From: Octopus bimaculoides
Lineage: Eukaryota
Assembly: GCF_001194135.2 (NCBI RefSeq)
Contig: NC_068990.1
Location: forward strand, 37,525,417-37,589,416
Reading direction: 5' to 3'
Length of the DNA stretch: 64,000 nt
Made by a program: the position numbers and the translations under genes. The notes below the pieces were generated by a model. That model worked only from the letters and a program-made list of their open reading frames with translations, had not been told where the DNA came from and ran no database searches. Shown here one piece after another: positions 1-12,698 of the stretch (position 1 is the first letter of the stretch; each line of letters begins with the position of its first letter).

Positions 1-90
1 ATATATATATATTTGTGTGTGTGTGTATATACATATGCATATGTGTGTGTATATATAAATATATGTATATATCTGTATACATACACACAC
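1..90. repeat. (TA)n/(TG)n compound microsatellite, representative of dozens of such tracts across the window
   Basis: Directly visible dinucleotide runs. Similar tracts recur every 1-2 kb and flank most N gaps. Confidence 0.95.
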
Positions 91-675
91 ATTTATTTGC
101 ATGCACTTCTACTTTGCTCATTAAGTAATGCACTCATGCATATTAGAAGAATGACAGTAAAATTGAAATCTGTATTCTATCAATATGTATGATACTATAA
201 ACTACAATTTTATGCGCACTTCATCCACATTAACAGGTAACTATTTTAACACCTGATTAATTGAGAGCAGAAATATAAACCAGTGGTCTGTATCTAAGTG
301 TTTTAATGTGACCTGTCATTCTGTCATGATTAATAAAGGATTATTATACAGATTATATTCTCTTGAGAGTACTTTTAAACATGACTTTGTACCACCCATC
401 ACATGATGATCGAAATACTGCGCTCTATGACCCACTTCTTATGTCCCATTCTAAGTGCATTCTATGTCCCACATCACCTTGTTATGATAGTTCAAATTGA
501 TGAGGCTTTTGCATGAATGAGAAGGAATCTTTGAATGAGAGGAAGAAATGTTTCAGCTTGCTCTTTTGTTCTTCCATCTGTCGTTTGTTTCTAACCATCA
601 TAGTTCATGCTTTGCTGGAGCACTGATATTAAGGCATTGAATAAATTATCATAATAATATACAGCATGTGGTATA

Positions 676-895
676 TGAGGAGGTGCTAAAAAGTTCCTGG
701 CTTTGGGTAAAAAGAAAACATAGGAGGATCAGATACTTATGATTCTATTCAACATATTCTCCTCTCGGATTCACACATTTATTGCAGCAGTCCTTCAGTT
801 TTTCTAAGCCCTGAAAAAGAAACTCAAAAAGTTGGGCATCCTACCAAGCCTTTTGCAATACCCTTCAAACCAGCAACTTTTCAGTACCCCTGCTG
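676..895. mobile_element. Mariner-type MITE (about 220 bp)
   Basis: Imperfect TIRs (TGAGGAGGTGCTAAAAAGTTCCTGG / CCAGCAACTTTTCAGTACCCCTGCTG) are flanked by TA on both sides. No ORF. Confidence 0.75.
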
Positions 896-1480
896 TAACA
901 TTCTAATTTATATGATGTCAGTATGGAAAGGGGATCACAATGATGATGATAATGGGTAATGACAATGATAATGATGATATTGATAATATCAATAATGATG
1001 ATGAAGATGACGATAATGTTGATAATGATGATGGAAATAACCATACTGATGATAACAATGTTGATGATATAATGGTGGTGGTGATGCTGATGAGGATATT
1101 GGTTGTGTGATTACATTTTATAATTTACTATAAATATTGATCTGTAATACTGAACCAAGAACCTAAGACCTAAAAGAACTATATTGCAAGACAATTTTTG
1201 CAGATGCTCTAACAATTCTGCCAAACAATTGCCTATAATAATAATGATGATGATGATGATGATGATTTCTTTATTAACCACAAATTTTTACATTAACAAA
1301 AACATTATGGGCAGCACAGGACATAACAAAGAATGTGTGTTTGTATGTGTGTGTATTGTGAGGGATTTGCGTGTAAACTAGACTAACAAAATATAATAAA
1401 AAACAAAATCAACAATGTGCAATCTTCAATAAGAAGGAGATGTTCAAGGGCTGCTCATGAAAAAAACCTCCTGTACTTAC

Positions 1481-1543
1481 ACCTTAGAACCATCATGGCG
1501 TCTCATGTGGCTTTTTAAATCAGACAAGTTTTTGAAAAGACAC
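1481..1543 (-). CDS. Internal exon of a C2H2 zinc-finger protein (x-CLFKNLSDLKSHMRRHDGSK-V)
   Basis: The minus strand reads tatgtAG|G TGT CTT TTC AAA AAC TTG TCT GAT TTA AAA AGC CAC ATG AGA CGC CAT GAT GGT TCT AAG GT|GTAAGT. It has exact F-x5-L-x2-H-x3-H spacing, a TGEK-like linker (HDGSK), a consensus donor and a frame-preserving 63-nt length. In-frame C-N-L-C codons lie just upstream (1546-1557). Confidence 0.6.
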
Positions 1544-1577
1544 CTACATAGATTGCATATATTTTAAAATCACATGC

Positions 1578-1920
1578 ATCATCATCATCATCATCATCGT
1601 TTAACGTCCGCTTTCAATGCTAGCATGGGTTGGACGATTTGACTGAGGACTGGCAAGCCAGAAGGCTGCACCAGGCTCCAATCTGATCTGGTAGAGTTTC
1701 TACAGATGGATGCCCTTCCTAACACCAACCACTCCGAGAGTGTAGTGGGTGCTTTTATGTGCCACCGGCATGAGGGCCAGTCACATGGTACTGACAACGG
1801 CCATGCTCAAATGGTGTTTTTTAAGTGCCACCTGCACAGGAGCCAGTCCAGCGGCACTGGCAACGACCTCGCTTGAATGATTTTCTAGCATGCCACCAGC
1901 ACAAGTGCTAGAAGGCAACG

Positions 1921-1922
<2 letters not shown>
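1578..1922 (-). mobile_element. RTE-type LINE 3' end / non-autonomous derivative with (GAT)n tail
   Basis: Terminus ...CCCATGCTAGCATTGAAAGCGGACGTTAAACGATGATG matches the 3' end of the RT-coding RTE copy at 48862-49818. It has internal ~65-nt repeats. Confidence 0.85.
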
Positions 1923-1951
<29 letters not shown>

Positions 1952-1955
<4 letters not shown>

Positions 1956-2113
1956 CAGGCTTCCACAGTTTTGTCCTCCAAATTCATCAACAAGCCATTT
2001 GTTGGCTAAAGGCCATATTAGAATAGTAGAGTGTACCCATCTGAGGTGCTATGTTGTGCAACTGGACCTGACACCACATGGTTGCAATGTGAGCTTTTTA
2101 AATACGCACGGCC
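1952..2113 (-). mobile_element. 5' half of tRNA-derived SINE family A (diverged)
   Basis: Homologous to the head of the full copy at 24148-24563; ends at a (TA)n tract. Confidence 0.65.
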
Positions 2114-2528
2114 ATTCCACACACAACTGGAGAAAACAATACCAGATATCATCAATTACCATCACTACTACTACCACCACCAACAGCACCAGCACTACCA
2201 TCTCTAAGGACAATGCCCCTACCAACAACATAAACAACAACAACAATAACAACAACTACAGCAATGAAATACCAATCAACTCTCCATCAAGTTAATTAAT
2301 ACTGTCTTAAATAAGAAACGAACACAATAGAAAATGTTTCCCACATACTGTAAAAAAGACATAGTCATGAACAGAATATCTTTCATCACAGGTGTCTGCA
2401 CAATGAGAACAGATCTACGGTTGAACAACAGCATCAAACATACTTTGAAACAATAGGAAGACACAGAGATATCAGTCAGACATGTACGCATGTGTATATG
2501 TGCTTGTGTGAGTGTATATATGAGTGTG

Positions 2529-2559
<31 letters not shown>

Positions 2560-2619
2560 ATGTATGCATGTATGTATGTATGTATATATATGTGTATATG
2601 TATATGTGTGTGTGCATTA

Positions 2620-2724
2620 TGTCATCATCATCATCATCATCATCATCATCGTTTAACGTCCGCTTTCCATGCTAGCATGGCTTGGACGATTTGGCTCAGG
2701 ACTGGTGGACCAGGAGGCGACACC
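2620..2724 (-). mobile_element. RTE 3' terminus, truncated by an assembly gap
   Basis: (CAT)n-CGTTTAACGTCCGCTTTCCATGCTAGCATGG, the same terminus as 1578 and 49818. Confidence 0.8.
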
Positions 2725-3181
2725 ANNNNNNNNNNNNNNNNNNNNNNNNNNNNNNNNNNNNNNNNNNNNNNNNNNNNNNNNNNNNNNNNNNNNNNNNNNN
2801 NNNNNNNNNNNNNNNNNNNNNNNNNNNNNNNNNNNNNNNNNNNNNNNNNNNNNNNNNNNNNNNNNNNNNNNNNNNNNNNNNNNNNNNNNNNNNNNNNNNN
2901 NNNNNNNNNNNNNNNNNNNNNNNNNNNNNNNNNNNNNNNNNNNNNNNNNNNNNNNNNNNNNNNNNNNNNNNNNNNNNNNNNNNNNNNNNNNNNNNNNNNN
3001 NNNNNNNNNNNNNNNNNNNNNNNNNNNNNNNNNNNNNNNNNNNNNNNNNNNNNNNNNNNNNNNNNNNNNNNNNNNNNNNNNNNNNNNNNNNNNNNNNNNN
3101 NNNNNNNNNNNNNNNNNNNNNNNNNNNNNNNNNNNNNNNNNNNNNNNNNNNNNNNNNNNNNNNNNNNNNNNNNNNNNNNNN

Positions 3182-3222
<41 letters not shown>

Positions 3223-3244
3223 TACATTTGTGTGTGTGTTTGGA

Positions 3245-3740
3245 AATCCAAAGTCAGTGTTTTCTGCCTTTTGGATGGGTGTTGATCAGGAAAACCAACC
3301 ATCCTCAAAAATGATGCAGTGATAATAGCAACTGAAGAGAATCCATGACAGACTATCAGGGATTTATACCAGAGACTTAACAAATCTTGGTCCACTATGC
3401 AAGATAATCTCAGGCACATTGGGAAAGTGTATAGAGAAAGGAAGTGGGTCCCACATCCTGAATTCGATAATGCAAGGCCACATTCACAATAGTTAAACAA
3501 AGGAAAGATAAATTCATTAGGCTCAGAAGCTCTAGTTCACCTGTACTACTCACACATCTATCACTATCAGCTTTCACTTATTCAACTCACTAGAACCCTT
3601 TATGATTGGTAAAACCTTCAGGTAAAACCTATGGTGATGTCAAAACAACTTTCCAACCATTTTTCCCTTCTAAAGAACCTGATTTGTTGGCCGAAGATTT
3701 CAGAAAACAGGGAAAACGTTATTGATAATAATAGCAATAC
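3245..3740 (+). pseudogene. Internally deleted mariner (DD34D) transposase remnant
   Basis: Translates with stops and frameshifts to ...HIGKVYRERKWVPH joined directly to DNARPH... and a decayed SPDLAPSDFHLF-like segment. These are canonical mariner motifs. Confidence 0.75.
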
Positions 3741-3929
3741 ACACCATATCCTAACACATATATAAAAACTCTCATGTATAAGGAACCCCTAACTTTTTTG
3801 GTTTAAAATTTGGAATAAAAGTTTTCTAAGAGATTATAATACTATACGTGTATAAGAAACTCCAATATTTTTTAACCTAATTTTTGACAAAATACATGTT
3901 AAAATACGATGTATATGTGTACGTGTGTG

Positions 3930-4390
3930 TGCGTGTCCATGTCTTTGTCTCCCAACACCTCTTGACAACCAATGCTGTTGTGTTTACATCCACAAAACTT
4001 AACGGTTCAGCAAAAGAGACCGATAGAATACATACTAGGCTTCAAAACAAAAGATAAATAAATGAGTGGTAGGATTGATTAGTTCAACTGAAGTTCTTCA
4101 AGGCAATGTTCCAGTATGACTGCGGTCTAATGACTCAAATGAGTGAAAAATGAATGTGTGGTAAGAACCTTGCTTCCCAACCACATGTTTCCAGGTTCAG
4201 TCCTACTGCCTGGCACCTTGGGCAAGTGTCTTCTGCTATAGCCTCAAGCCAACCAAAACTTTGTGAATGAATTTGGCAGATGGAAACTGAAAGAAGCCCA
4301 TCATATATATTCTCTTATTCTCTTATTTGTTTCAGTCATTTGACTGTGGCCATGCTGGAGCATCGCATTTAGTCAAATAACTGAAACCTT
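3930..4390. mobile_element. Cluster of SINE family A fragments (3' half +, 5' half +, 3' end -)
   Basis: Segments align by eye to the full-length copy at 24148-24563. Confidence 0.8.
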
Positions 4391-4521
4391 TAAAAGAATA
4401 AAAGAATACAAGAATATACATGCATGTGTACCTACATGCATATAAATGCATTAATATATTATATATACATATATATATATATATGTGTGTGTGTATATAT
4501 ATGTCTATATATGTGTATGCG

Positions 4522-4552
<31 letters not shown>

Positions 4553-4712
4553 GTATATATATTAATATAATATATTAATACTGTAATATATACCCTGCTT
4601 GCATACAGATAGTATGTGTATCTATTGCTAGTTATCTACATAGCTATCTTTCTGCATATATGATATCCATGTATATCTATATATGCATATATGTGTGTGA
4701 CTGTATAGACAA

Positions 4713-4743
<31 letters not shown>

Positions 4744-4895
4744 CGATGATACATGCATGTATAGATATATATTTAGGTGGGTGTATATATACATATCCAA
4801 ATGAATTAACATGTTTCCATTTATACTGTTTATGGTAAAATAAAGAAATCATGATCAAGTCCAAGATATGAAGATACCAGAAGGAAAGCAAGGAG

Positions 4896-4926
<31 letters not shown>

Positions 4927-4936
4927 NNNNNNNNNN

Positions 4937-4977
<41 letters not shown>

Positions 4978-5747
4978 AAAGAGAAAGAGAAAGAGAAAGA
5001 GAGAGCAATACAGAGGGAAGTTGGTTTCGGTGAAGCTTTGCGCAAGGTGTTGTATGTCTAATGTGGTCTCTGATTTCAGCATTCAATCTATTGAGTCAAT
5101 AATTGAATAAAACATGAGAGAGAACCAACCCATCAAGGTTTCATATTTCACATTATTACAATGGTTTGGAATATATTAATGTCGTATGATCAATTTTTAG
5201 TTTTCATCTTCTCACCCTTATCATTGTTGTTGTTGTTATTGTAGTATGTTGTTTATTTTCTTTACTTTTTTTTGTGTTTTTCTTTTTTATTATTTCAGTG
5301 GACTTGCAGGGTATTTTGGGGGTGGAATATGGAGTGGGGGGTTTTTGATTCGGTTTTTAGATTTATTATAAATTTATGATTTTTTTTTTGTGCGTGTGTT
5401 TGGGTTATATTTAGTTTTTTTGTTGTTTCTCATTTTTAGATGGATTATCTGTTGCTCAATTTCATTTATTCATGTTGATGATGGTGGTGGTGGTGGTGAG
5501 GATGATGATGACAGCAAGTGTAGTAAAGATGACACTGCTGTTGCTGCTGCTGTCGATGATGATGATGATGATATTGGTTATAAGTTTTACACAGCACTGC
5601 AGTATCTTAGAGACAGGACAGTGAAAACTAATGTCTGTTACATATGTTTGTTTATTTGTATGTGCACGTATATATGAGTAATTTGCACTCACACACATCC
5701 ATATATATATGTAAGTGCATGTATGTATATATATATATACACATGTA

Positions 5748-5802
<55 letters not shown>

Positions 5803-5992
5803 NNNNNNNNNNNNNNNNNNNNNNNNNNNNNNNNNNNNNNNNNNNNNNNNNNNNNNNNNNNNNNNNNNNNNNNNNNNNNNNNNNNNNNNNNNNNNNNNNN
5901 NNNNNNNNNNNNNNNNNNNNNNNNNNNNNNNNNNNNNNNNNNNNNNNNNNNNNNNNNNNNNNNNNNNNNNNNNNNNNNNNNNNNNNNNNNNN

Positions 5993-6035
<43 letters not shown>

Positions 6036-6734
6036 GCATACATACATGTATACATACAAACAGTCATACAATTATATGCATACATATACTTATTTTTCTC
6101 TCTCTCTTTCTCTCTCCCCCCTCTCTCTCTATATATACACATATATATATTTGTATATAACTTTAATGTGACAGAAATCCATGATAAATATCTCCATGTC
6201 AGTGATACTTCCAGTGATGACAATGATGATGTTGGTGATGTGTACAATGATGATGTATGCAACGATGATGCTCGGACACCATGCAAGAGACAAATAAATG
6301 TTGGCAGCAGACACTTGTCATATGTCTTGTCTACTTCTTCATACAATTTGTGGCATTTAATACAGTCATATGATTAGGATCAACTCCAGTTTTTGCCAGT
6401 GAAAACTATCTGTGATGGAGAGATTTCTAATCAAAACAGAATTTAGATGAGTCAGTCATGCACTTATTGTTGTTGTTATTTAGTACTAGATCAATCCTTA
6501 TCCAGTAAACCTATGGTAGAAAATCTTCTCATTGTGACAATCTCATCTTTTATTCTGACATGGTAGATCTCTCTTAATAAAAATGTTGTTGGTATAAAAA
6601 TATTTTTAATCAAAGCACAGTCCTGCTGAGCCAAACATGCAGTTGTTTATCTTGATGTTGTAATTGTTTTTGTTTATACGTAGATCAGTCCTGATGTTGC
6701 AGTCCTATGACAAATGATGTATCAGCTACAACAA

Positions 6735-7060
6735 ACCCATCTTTATTTCCGACATGGTATATCTATGTCCTTATCAACTAAACTGCCTTCAAATCACTCA
6801 GCTTCTTCCCCACAAGCACAATGTCTCCTTCATCCATTTCTATTTCTACTATAATGGCTCCTGTTCCTCAGATGTTGCTGGTCAGGAACTCTTCACCCAC
6901 TTGTCTCTCCACTTCTTATCAACCTTGTTGAGTACACCCCCACTAGATTGTGCACTAACCATGGTTCTCAATTTTTCCTCCCCAGAACATCCCTAAAGCT
7001 TACAGGCATGCTACTCAAATCAAGCCTGTGTGCTCCATTCCCAACTATTCACAATTCTTG
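6735..7060 (+). pseudogene. CR1-clade LINE ORF2 C-terminal remnant
   Basis: NVSFIHFYFYYNGSCSSDVAG resembles the RRxVASLSLFYRYYxGxCSxEL motif that follows the RT domain in CR1-like elements. Family assignment is from recall. Confidence 0.5.
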
Positions 7061-7829
7061 TATTATTGGTTTTATGAAATACTCCACCTTTACTGCTGAG
7101 ATGTATGACTGATCATCAAAGTAGACAGAAAAAAGTCCACCAACTCTGGACCCTCTATTCCCAAACAGTTAAAGCAAAGTGCTACTGAAATTGCATATGT
7201 CTGCATGGAATCAAATGCTAAACATCTACGATGGTCGATCAAATACTTACCATGCTTTTAATGTGATACTACACCTAAGCCAACTGAGATCTTTAAACAA
7301 TTATCATGTCTCAGGTCCAATACAATATATTTTAGTTCTGACAACACTATGTTTGTGTTTTGTATTGAAGAAATGGTCACCATTTCTCAGCTAACTCATA
7401 ACACTTCTTCTAACAAGTTGACTAGTTCAATTTTCTCATTTTTTTTTATCATTTATTTTCCATATCTTATTGTTTTTTATGTAATAGCTCAATTCAAAGG
7501 AGCTCATTGGTGTTGATACAAATTATCACCATCGGCTCCTACTTAACTAATTTGCTAATTGTTACTATAAGTTTCTCATGCTGAAAATGATGTTTCTAGC
7601 AAACTGCCCCCATCTATGAATTCCAAGTGCATTGGCCATACATATAATCGATTTGTGATCAGTATATAAATGGGCTGGTTATGCAACAATGGCATAGGCC
7701 ATAGCTACTATCTCACTTAGCTTGCCATGTCGTCTCAAGCACAGCATATCTCCAAAGGTCTCGGTCACTTGGCATTGCCTCAGTGAGGCCCAACATTCAA
7801 AGGTCATGCTTTGTATGTGTCTAGCATTA

Positions 7830-9480
7830 CTTTGAGCATTTTGATGAGTATTGGTATGCTACTCAGTACTATGATGATATTGTTTTGAATAATGTTTGTG
7901 TGTTGATGTATGTGTTCTTAACTAATTTTTGTTGCTTGTATTTATGGTGGTGTTGGTTATAATATTTCTTTTTGGTGTTGTTCTTGCTGGTTTGGGTGCA
8001 GATTTTGTTGTGCTAGTGTTTGAGATGTTGGTTGTGTGTCTGTTGTTGTTGTTGTTGTTGTTGTTGTTGGCAGTATTGGTGTTAGTCTTGTTCTTGTAAA
8101 TGGTGTTAGTGTATTGTTACTCGGAAGTATTTCTCTTTGAATTTCCCAGCTTCTTTTTTTTTCTTTGGTTTGTTTAGTTTTCCATTTTCCCTTTCCTCTT
8201 GTTTTTATGTTTATTACTTTTAGCTATTTACTTCCTTCACTTTCACCACACAACAAGAATGAGTAGTCCCAAGTTGTGTTGGGCATGTCTTGGAGATCTT
8301 GTCTTTTTGTCCTGTTATGTTTGAGTCTTTCGTTTTCTATTGTTATTTGTAATGCGAAGGGCCATGCAAGTGGAGTTTCTTTTGTTGCTAGTGTTGCTGT
8401 TGTTTCCAAAGTTGGTGTTGATCCTAGGGCTTTTACTATTGCTTTTGTGGATGCTAGTTTTTCTATTGCAGTTGTTATCTTTGTTGTTGTTGTGACTACA
8501 CATTGCCATTGATGTTGCTGCTATTTTTGCTCTAGGTATCATTACTGCTGTGCTGATGGCATCAGCAGAATTATGAGCTCCTCCACTTCTCTGTTGCTGT
8601 GGATAGAAAGCTCTGAGATGACTTGAGTCACCACAAAGTGACACCTTGGCTTTCTACTTTCAATGGCCATGTGCACACTTGTAAGCCACTTGATAGATTG
8701 ATCAGGTCTGCGGTGGTTTCATTCCTCTTGAACTGTTTGGATTAATAGCTCCATCACTTTACCCAATCACATTTTCTTCAGCCTCTTGGCCTACAATATA
8801 TTGGTTCAAACATCTATGTGAAAAAGAACAGCCATCACCAACCAGTGGATGTTTACCTCTAGTGATGCATCAACCTTCCTTCTTTTCACTACTCCTTGGT
8901 CAGCGAATCTTGGCATAGGACCAATTCGTTACCCTGTAGGGTTGTTGTAGAGTATTTCCTGGCTTCATTCTCAATTACAATACAGAAGTTTTCTTCTTAG
9001 CATTGAATGTTTCAGTGTCACAAATTGGACTAAAACACGTTCCTATTTGTTTCTGTGTTGCTTGCTTTATTTCCTGACTTTACACTCCTATACAGTTGTG
9101 TTTGTTTCATATTTTTTTTTTTACAGGATAGATTCAGGTATATTTAATGATGCATTTTGGTCGGACAGCATGAAGAAGTTTGTAGCATATTTTAAATTTG
9201 GGGTAGATAAAAAAATTTTTTCCTCTTGCCACATAGCATAAGCAAAACAGCAAACAGTTGATCTCTTAATAGCAGTGGTTTGGTTTATTTTAATGTGTTG
9301 GTATTAATGTTGATGGGGCTGTTAGAGTTAGTAGTTATTGTTGTTGTTGTTATTGTGTTGCTAGAATTTGCAGGTGTGTAGAAGTGGTAATTTGATTTTT
9401 CACCTTTCTGTTTCTCGTTCTCTTTGTTGTTGTTTCAGTCAGCGCTAATGGTAGTGCATTGGTTTATTATAAGTAATTTC
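7830..9480 (-). pseudogene. Decayed L1/Tx1-like LINE ORF1 with a CCHC zinc knuckle and a long Thr/Gln/Lys-rich tail
   Basis: 8643-8600 reads DLINLSSG...RKPR-C-H-F-[1-nt frameshift]-C-G-D-S-S-H-L-R-A-F-Y-P, i.e. CX2CX4HX4C with the last Cys changed to Tyr. It is followed by a long A/C-skewed low-complexity stretch. Boundaries are approximate. Confidence 0.5.
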
Positions 9481-9867
9481 ACTCCCTTGATTTTTAAATG
9501 ATTAATTTGACAAAATGCTTTTTGTAAATTTTCAAAAGAAATGAGTAAATTTCACAAAAATAATTTAAAATTTTGCTTTGATGAGTAAAAAAAAGAAAGA
9601 AAATAGAACACAGATTCTCAGAAGCTTTGGGAGAGTACAAAACACACAAGGCAAAATTTTTTGACAAAGACCTTGAAACACAATTAAATAAAACTAAACT
9701 TACAAGCAACTTGAAGAAACATGTTGCCAACACCACTACAGCAAAACCACCACCACCACTACTCTTTTGGTTGTATATGGAGACTTCATGTAATGGATGA
9801 AATCCTGTACATGCTTTCTCCCTTCATAAGTTGGACACTTATAAGATAAATTTCTCATATCACTTAC

Positions 9868-9917
9868 AAGATCTCCAGTTGAAATATTTATTTTGATGTT
9901 GTTGACATGACATAGCT
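9868..9917 (-). other. Candidate 50-nt exon, product unknown
   Basis: The minus strand reads ccctgccttcCAG|AGCTATG...GGAGATCTT|GTAAGT, and two of three frames are open. No recognisable homology. Confidence 0.25.
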
Positions 9918-10525
9918 CTGGAAGGCAGGGTGCTCATTGGCCACAAGTTTATGCAATATGAATAGTGGATTTATTTGTTGCCACATGTAATTTTTAGCCA
10001 TATTTCCATAACTACTAGCATATTGCTGGCATGTTAAGAAGAGTAATCAATGCTAATAATAATGCTTATATAGATGGAGACAGCAATGTGCTGGATCTTG
10101 CCCATACTAAGTTTTTATATTTCCTGTGTCATCTCAAAAAAGCTACAGGTTGATGTAATGAAAAATATTTTGGGCAAGATAAAGGAACAATGGCTTTGGA
10201 AAAAAAAAGAAGAAAGATACAAACAACAACTGGTGAATATTTGTAGGACTTATATTAGCTATAATGAAATACAACTCTTCCAAACCAAACAATAATGGGA
10301 AAGGATTTACATAAGTCAAAAAATGAATAGTTGATACAGATGTACAGAGAAGCATTTGTTTTGATATAATCCTGATATAGCTTAGGACATAGTTATTCAG
10401 AGTTTCATATCAGAAATTTTCTTGGCAATCAATGGATTGGTTTAACATTGTCCATCAATTGTTTGGCATAATCCATATAGGAAACTCCAAGTAACAATAT
10501 TCTCAGTTATACTAGAACCATATCA

Positions 10526-10603
<78 letters not shown>

Positions 10604-10942
10604 ACACACACATGCTTATATTTATATGTATGTATGCTTGTATCCATAAAGGTAGATATGTGCTAGTCTACTGATATATATTGTTATAGAATTGTTAATG
10701 ATATTTCTAGCTGCAGGCAAAAACACCAATGCATGGTGTTCAATTTGATTTTGAAATGTTTATCCTAGCTTCTTAAGCATACAGAAATACATATATCTAG
10801 AACAGGCTTTGTAGAGATGTGTATACTTATGCATACATACACTCAACACATATATACACATAGACAATACATACACATATATACACATGAGACATAAGTA
10901 CTACATATACATTTATTTTTTTAATCTGAATATGTGTGTGTG

Positions 10943-10977
<35 letters not shown>

Positions 10978-10987
10978 NNNNNNNNNN

Positions 10988-11025
<38 letters not shown>

Positions 11026-11481
11026 AATTTATACATATGATGAAATATATGGAAAGTGAGTGAGACATGATATAATGAACAAGACTGAGAAAAAGAGGAA
11101 AAGCAGCAAGATATCAATCAGAAAGAGAGAGTGAGAGAGAGAAAGAAAGAAAGAGAGAGATAGACAAAGAAATGTAGTTCAAAGGAAATATTACACCATC
11201 ACATAAATGGTAAGAACCATGCTGAAGGGAAGAATTTCAAATCGAAAATATAGTAAATTGATAGAGTAAAAAATTAATGTAAAATATAACTTTTGGAGAA
11301 AATGGTGGCAAAACACTGTTAAAATGGTGGCAAATATTTTCCTTATATCTTTATATCTCAAATTATAAACCTAACAGACTATCAGATACAGTAGTTTGGC
11401 ACTACATTAAATATGTATGTTTTGTTTTGTGTCTATATGCATGTATGTATAAATGTGTATATGAATAAACATACTCACACA

Positions 11482-11520
<39 letters not shown>

Positions 11521-11944
11521 TAACATGTATATATACTAACTTACATATACATACATATATATATATTAATATAGCTGTTTTATTGAAAATTCAAACAAGA
11601 GATGTTAGCAAAACAATGAACTCAATATGCGAAGTATAGTTAAATTTCATTTTAAAAGGATGACAATGACAGTGAACAAACTAGCAGACCAAGCCAAAGA
11701 ACAATAGAACAATAGAAACATGAATGCAACACAACAAACACATCAGATGCTATAACTATTAAAAATATGAAACAAGCATAATGTGTATTATATGAATCCA
11801 ATACTGATAAAAGCCAAAGACCTGGAAACAAAACAAAAAAAGACATCACTAAATGCATTGCACTCAACTATGAACTAACTCTAATAATTTACTACAAAAC
11901 ATACTAAAATTAAAATACTTTTATCTATAACAAATGAGTTATTA

Positions 11945-12440
11945 CTGGCTGCTAATGACCAATGTGTTTTGGGAACTGTCATGGCTAATGAGATTATTGC
12001 ATAACCAGCCCATTTAAAAGTACCCTTGAATTGTTGGGCGATATGCTGTGCTTGAGAAGACCTGTTGAGTCAAATGAAATCGTAGTCATGGTAACTGACT
12101 GGCACCCATGCTGGTGGCATGTAATAAGCATCATTCAAGTGTGGGTTGATGCCAGTGCCACCTGACTGGCTCCTGTGCTGGTGGCACATAAAAAGCACCA
12201 TCCAAAGGTGGTCAGCGCCAATGCCGCCTGACTGGTTCCCATGCTGGTGGCACATAAAAAGCATCCACTATACTCTCAGAGTTGTTGGCATTAGGAAGGG
12301 CATCTAGATGAAGAAACCTTGCCAGATCAGATTGGAGCCTGGTACTGCCTACTAGCTTGCCAGTCATTAGTCAAACTGTCCAACCCATGCCAGCATAGAA
12401 GACGGATGATAAATGATGAGGATGATGATAATGATGATGA
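11945..12440 (+). mobile_element. RTE 3' UTR copy with three internal ~65-70-nt repeat units and a (GAT)n tail
   Basis: The unit ...CTGACTGG...TGCTGGTGGCACATAAAAAGCA... is repeated, followed by the shared RTE terminus. Confidence 0.8.
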
Positions 12441-12483
12441 TATTGGTTGTTATGGTGGTTAGTCCACACTACATTATAATGAA

Positions 12484-12698
12484 CATAGAGCTGGTTTCCT
12501 CATTTTTCTCTGGCATATATATTCCATCTTGGACAGAACACCAGTCAGTCGAAGGGTTACCATTTTTGCCAGCTGAGTGGACTGGAGCAACGTGAAATAA
12601 AGTGTTTAGCTCAAAAATACGATGCATCACATAGTCCAGGAATCGAAACCACAATCATACGATCATGAGTCCAACACCCTAACTATTAAGCTATGCAC
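12484..12698 (-). mobile_element. tRNA-derived SINE family C
   Basis: The head GCATAGCTTAATAGTTAGGGTGTTGGACTCATGATC...GGTTTCGATTCCTGG has A/B-box-like motifs. The body is TGCTCCAGTCCACTCAGCTGGCAAAAATG...ACTGACTGGTGTTCTGTCCAAG. A related diverged head lies at about 24600-24680. Confidence 0.7.

Noticed and set aside
7245-7300. Start-codon exon AAAAGCATG|GTAAGT on the minus strand
   Set aside because: Only a donor-like hexamer; no promoter, acceptor or frame link to other exons can be shown.
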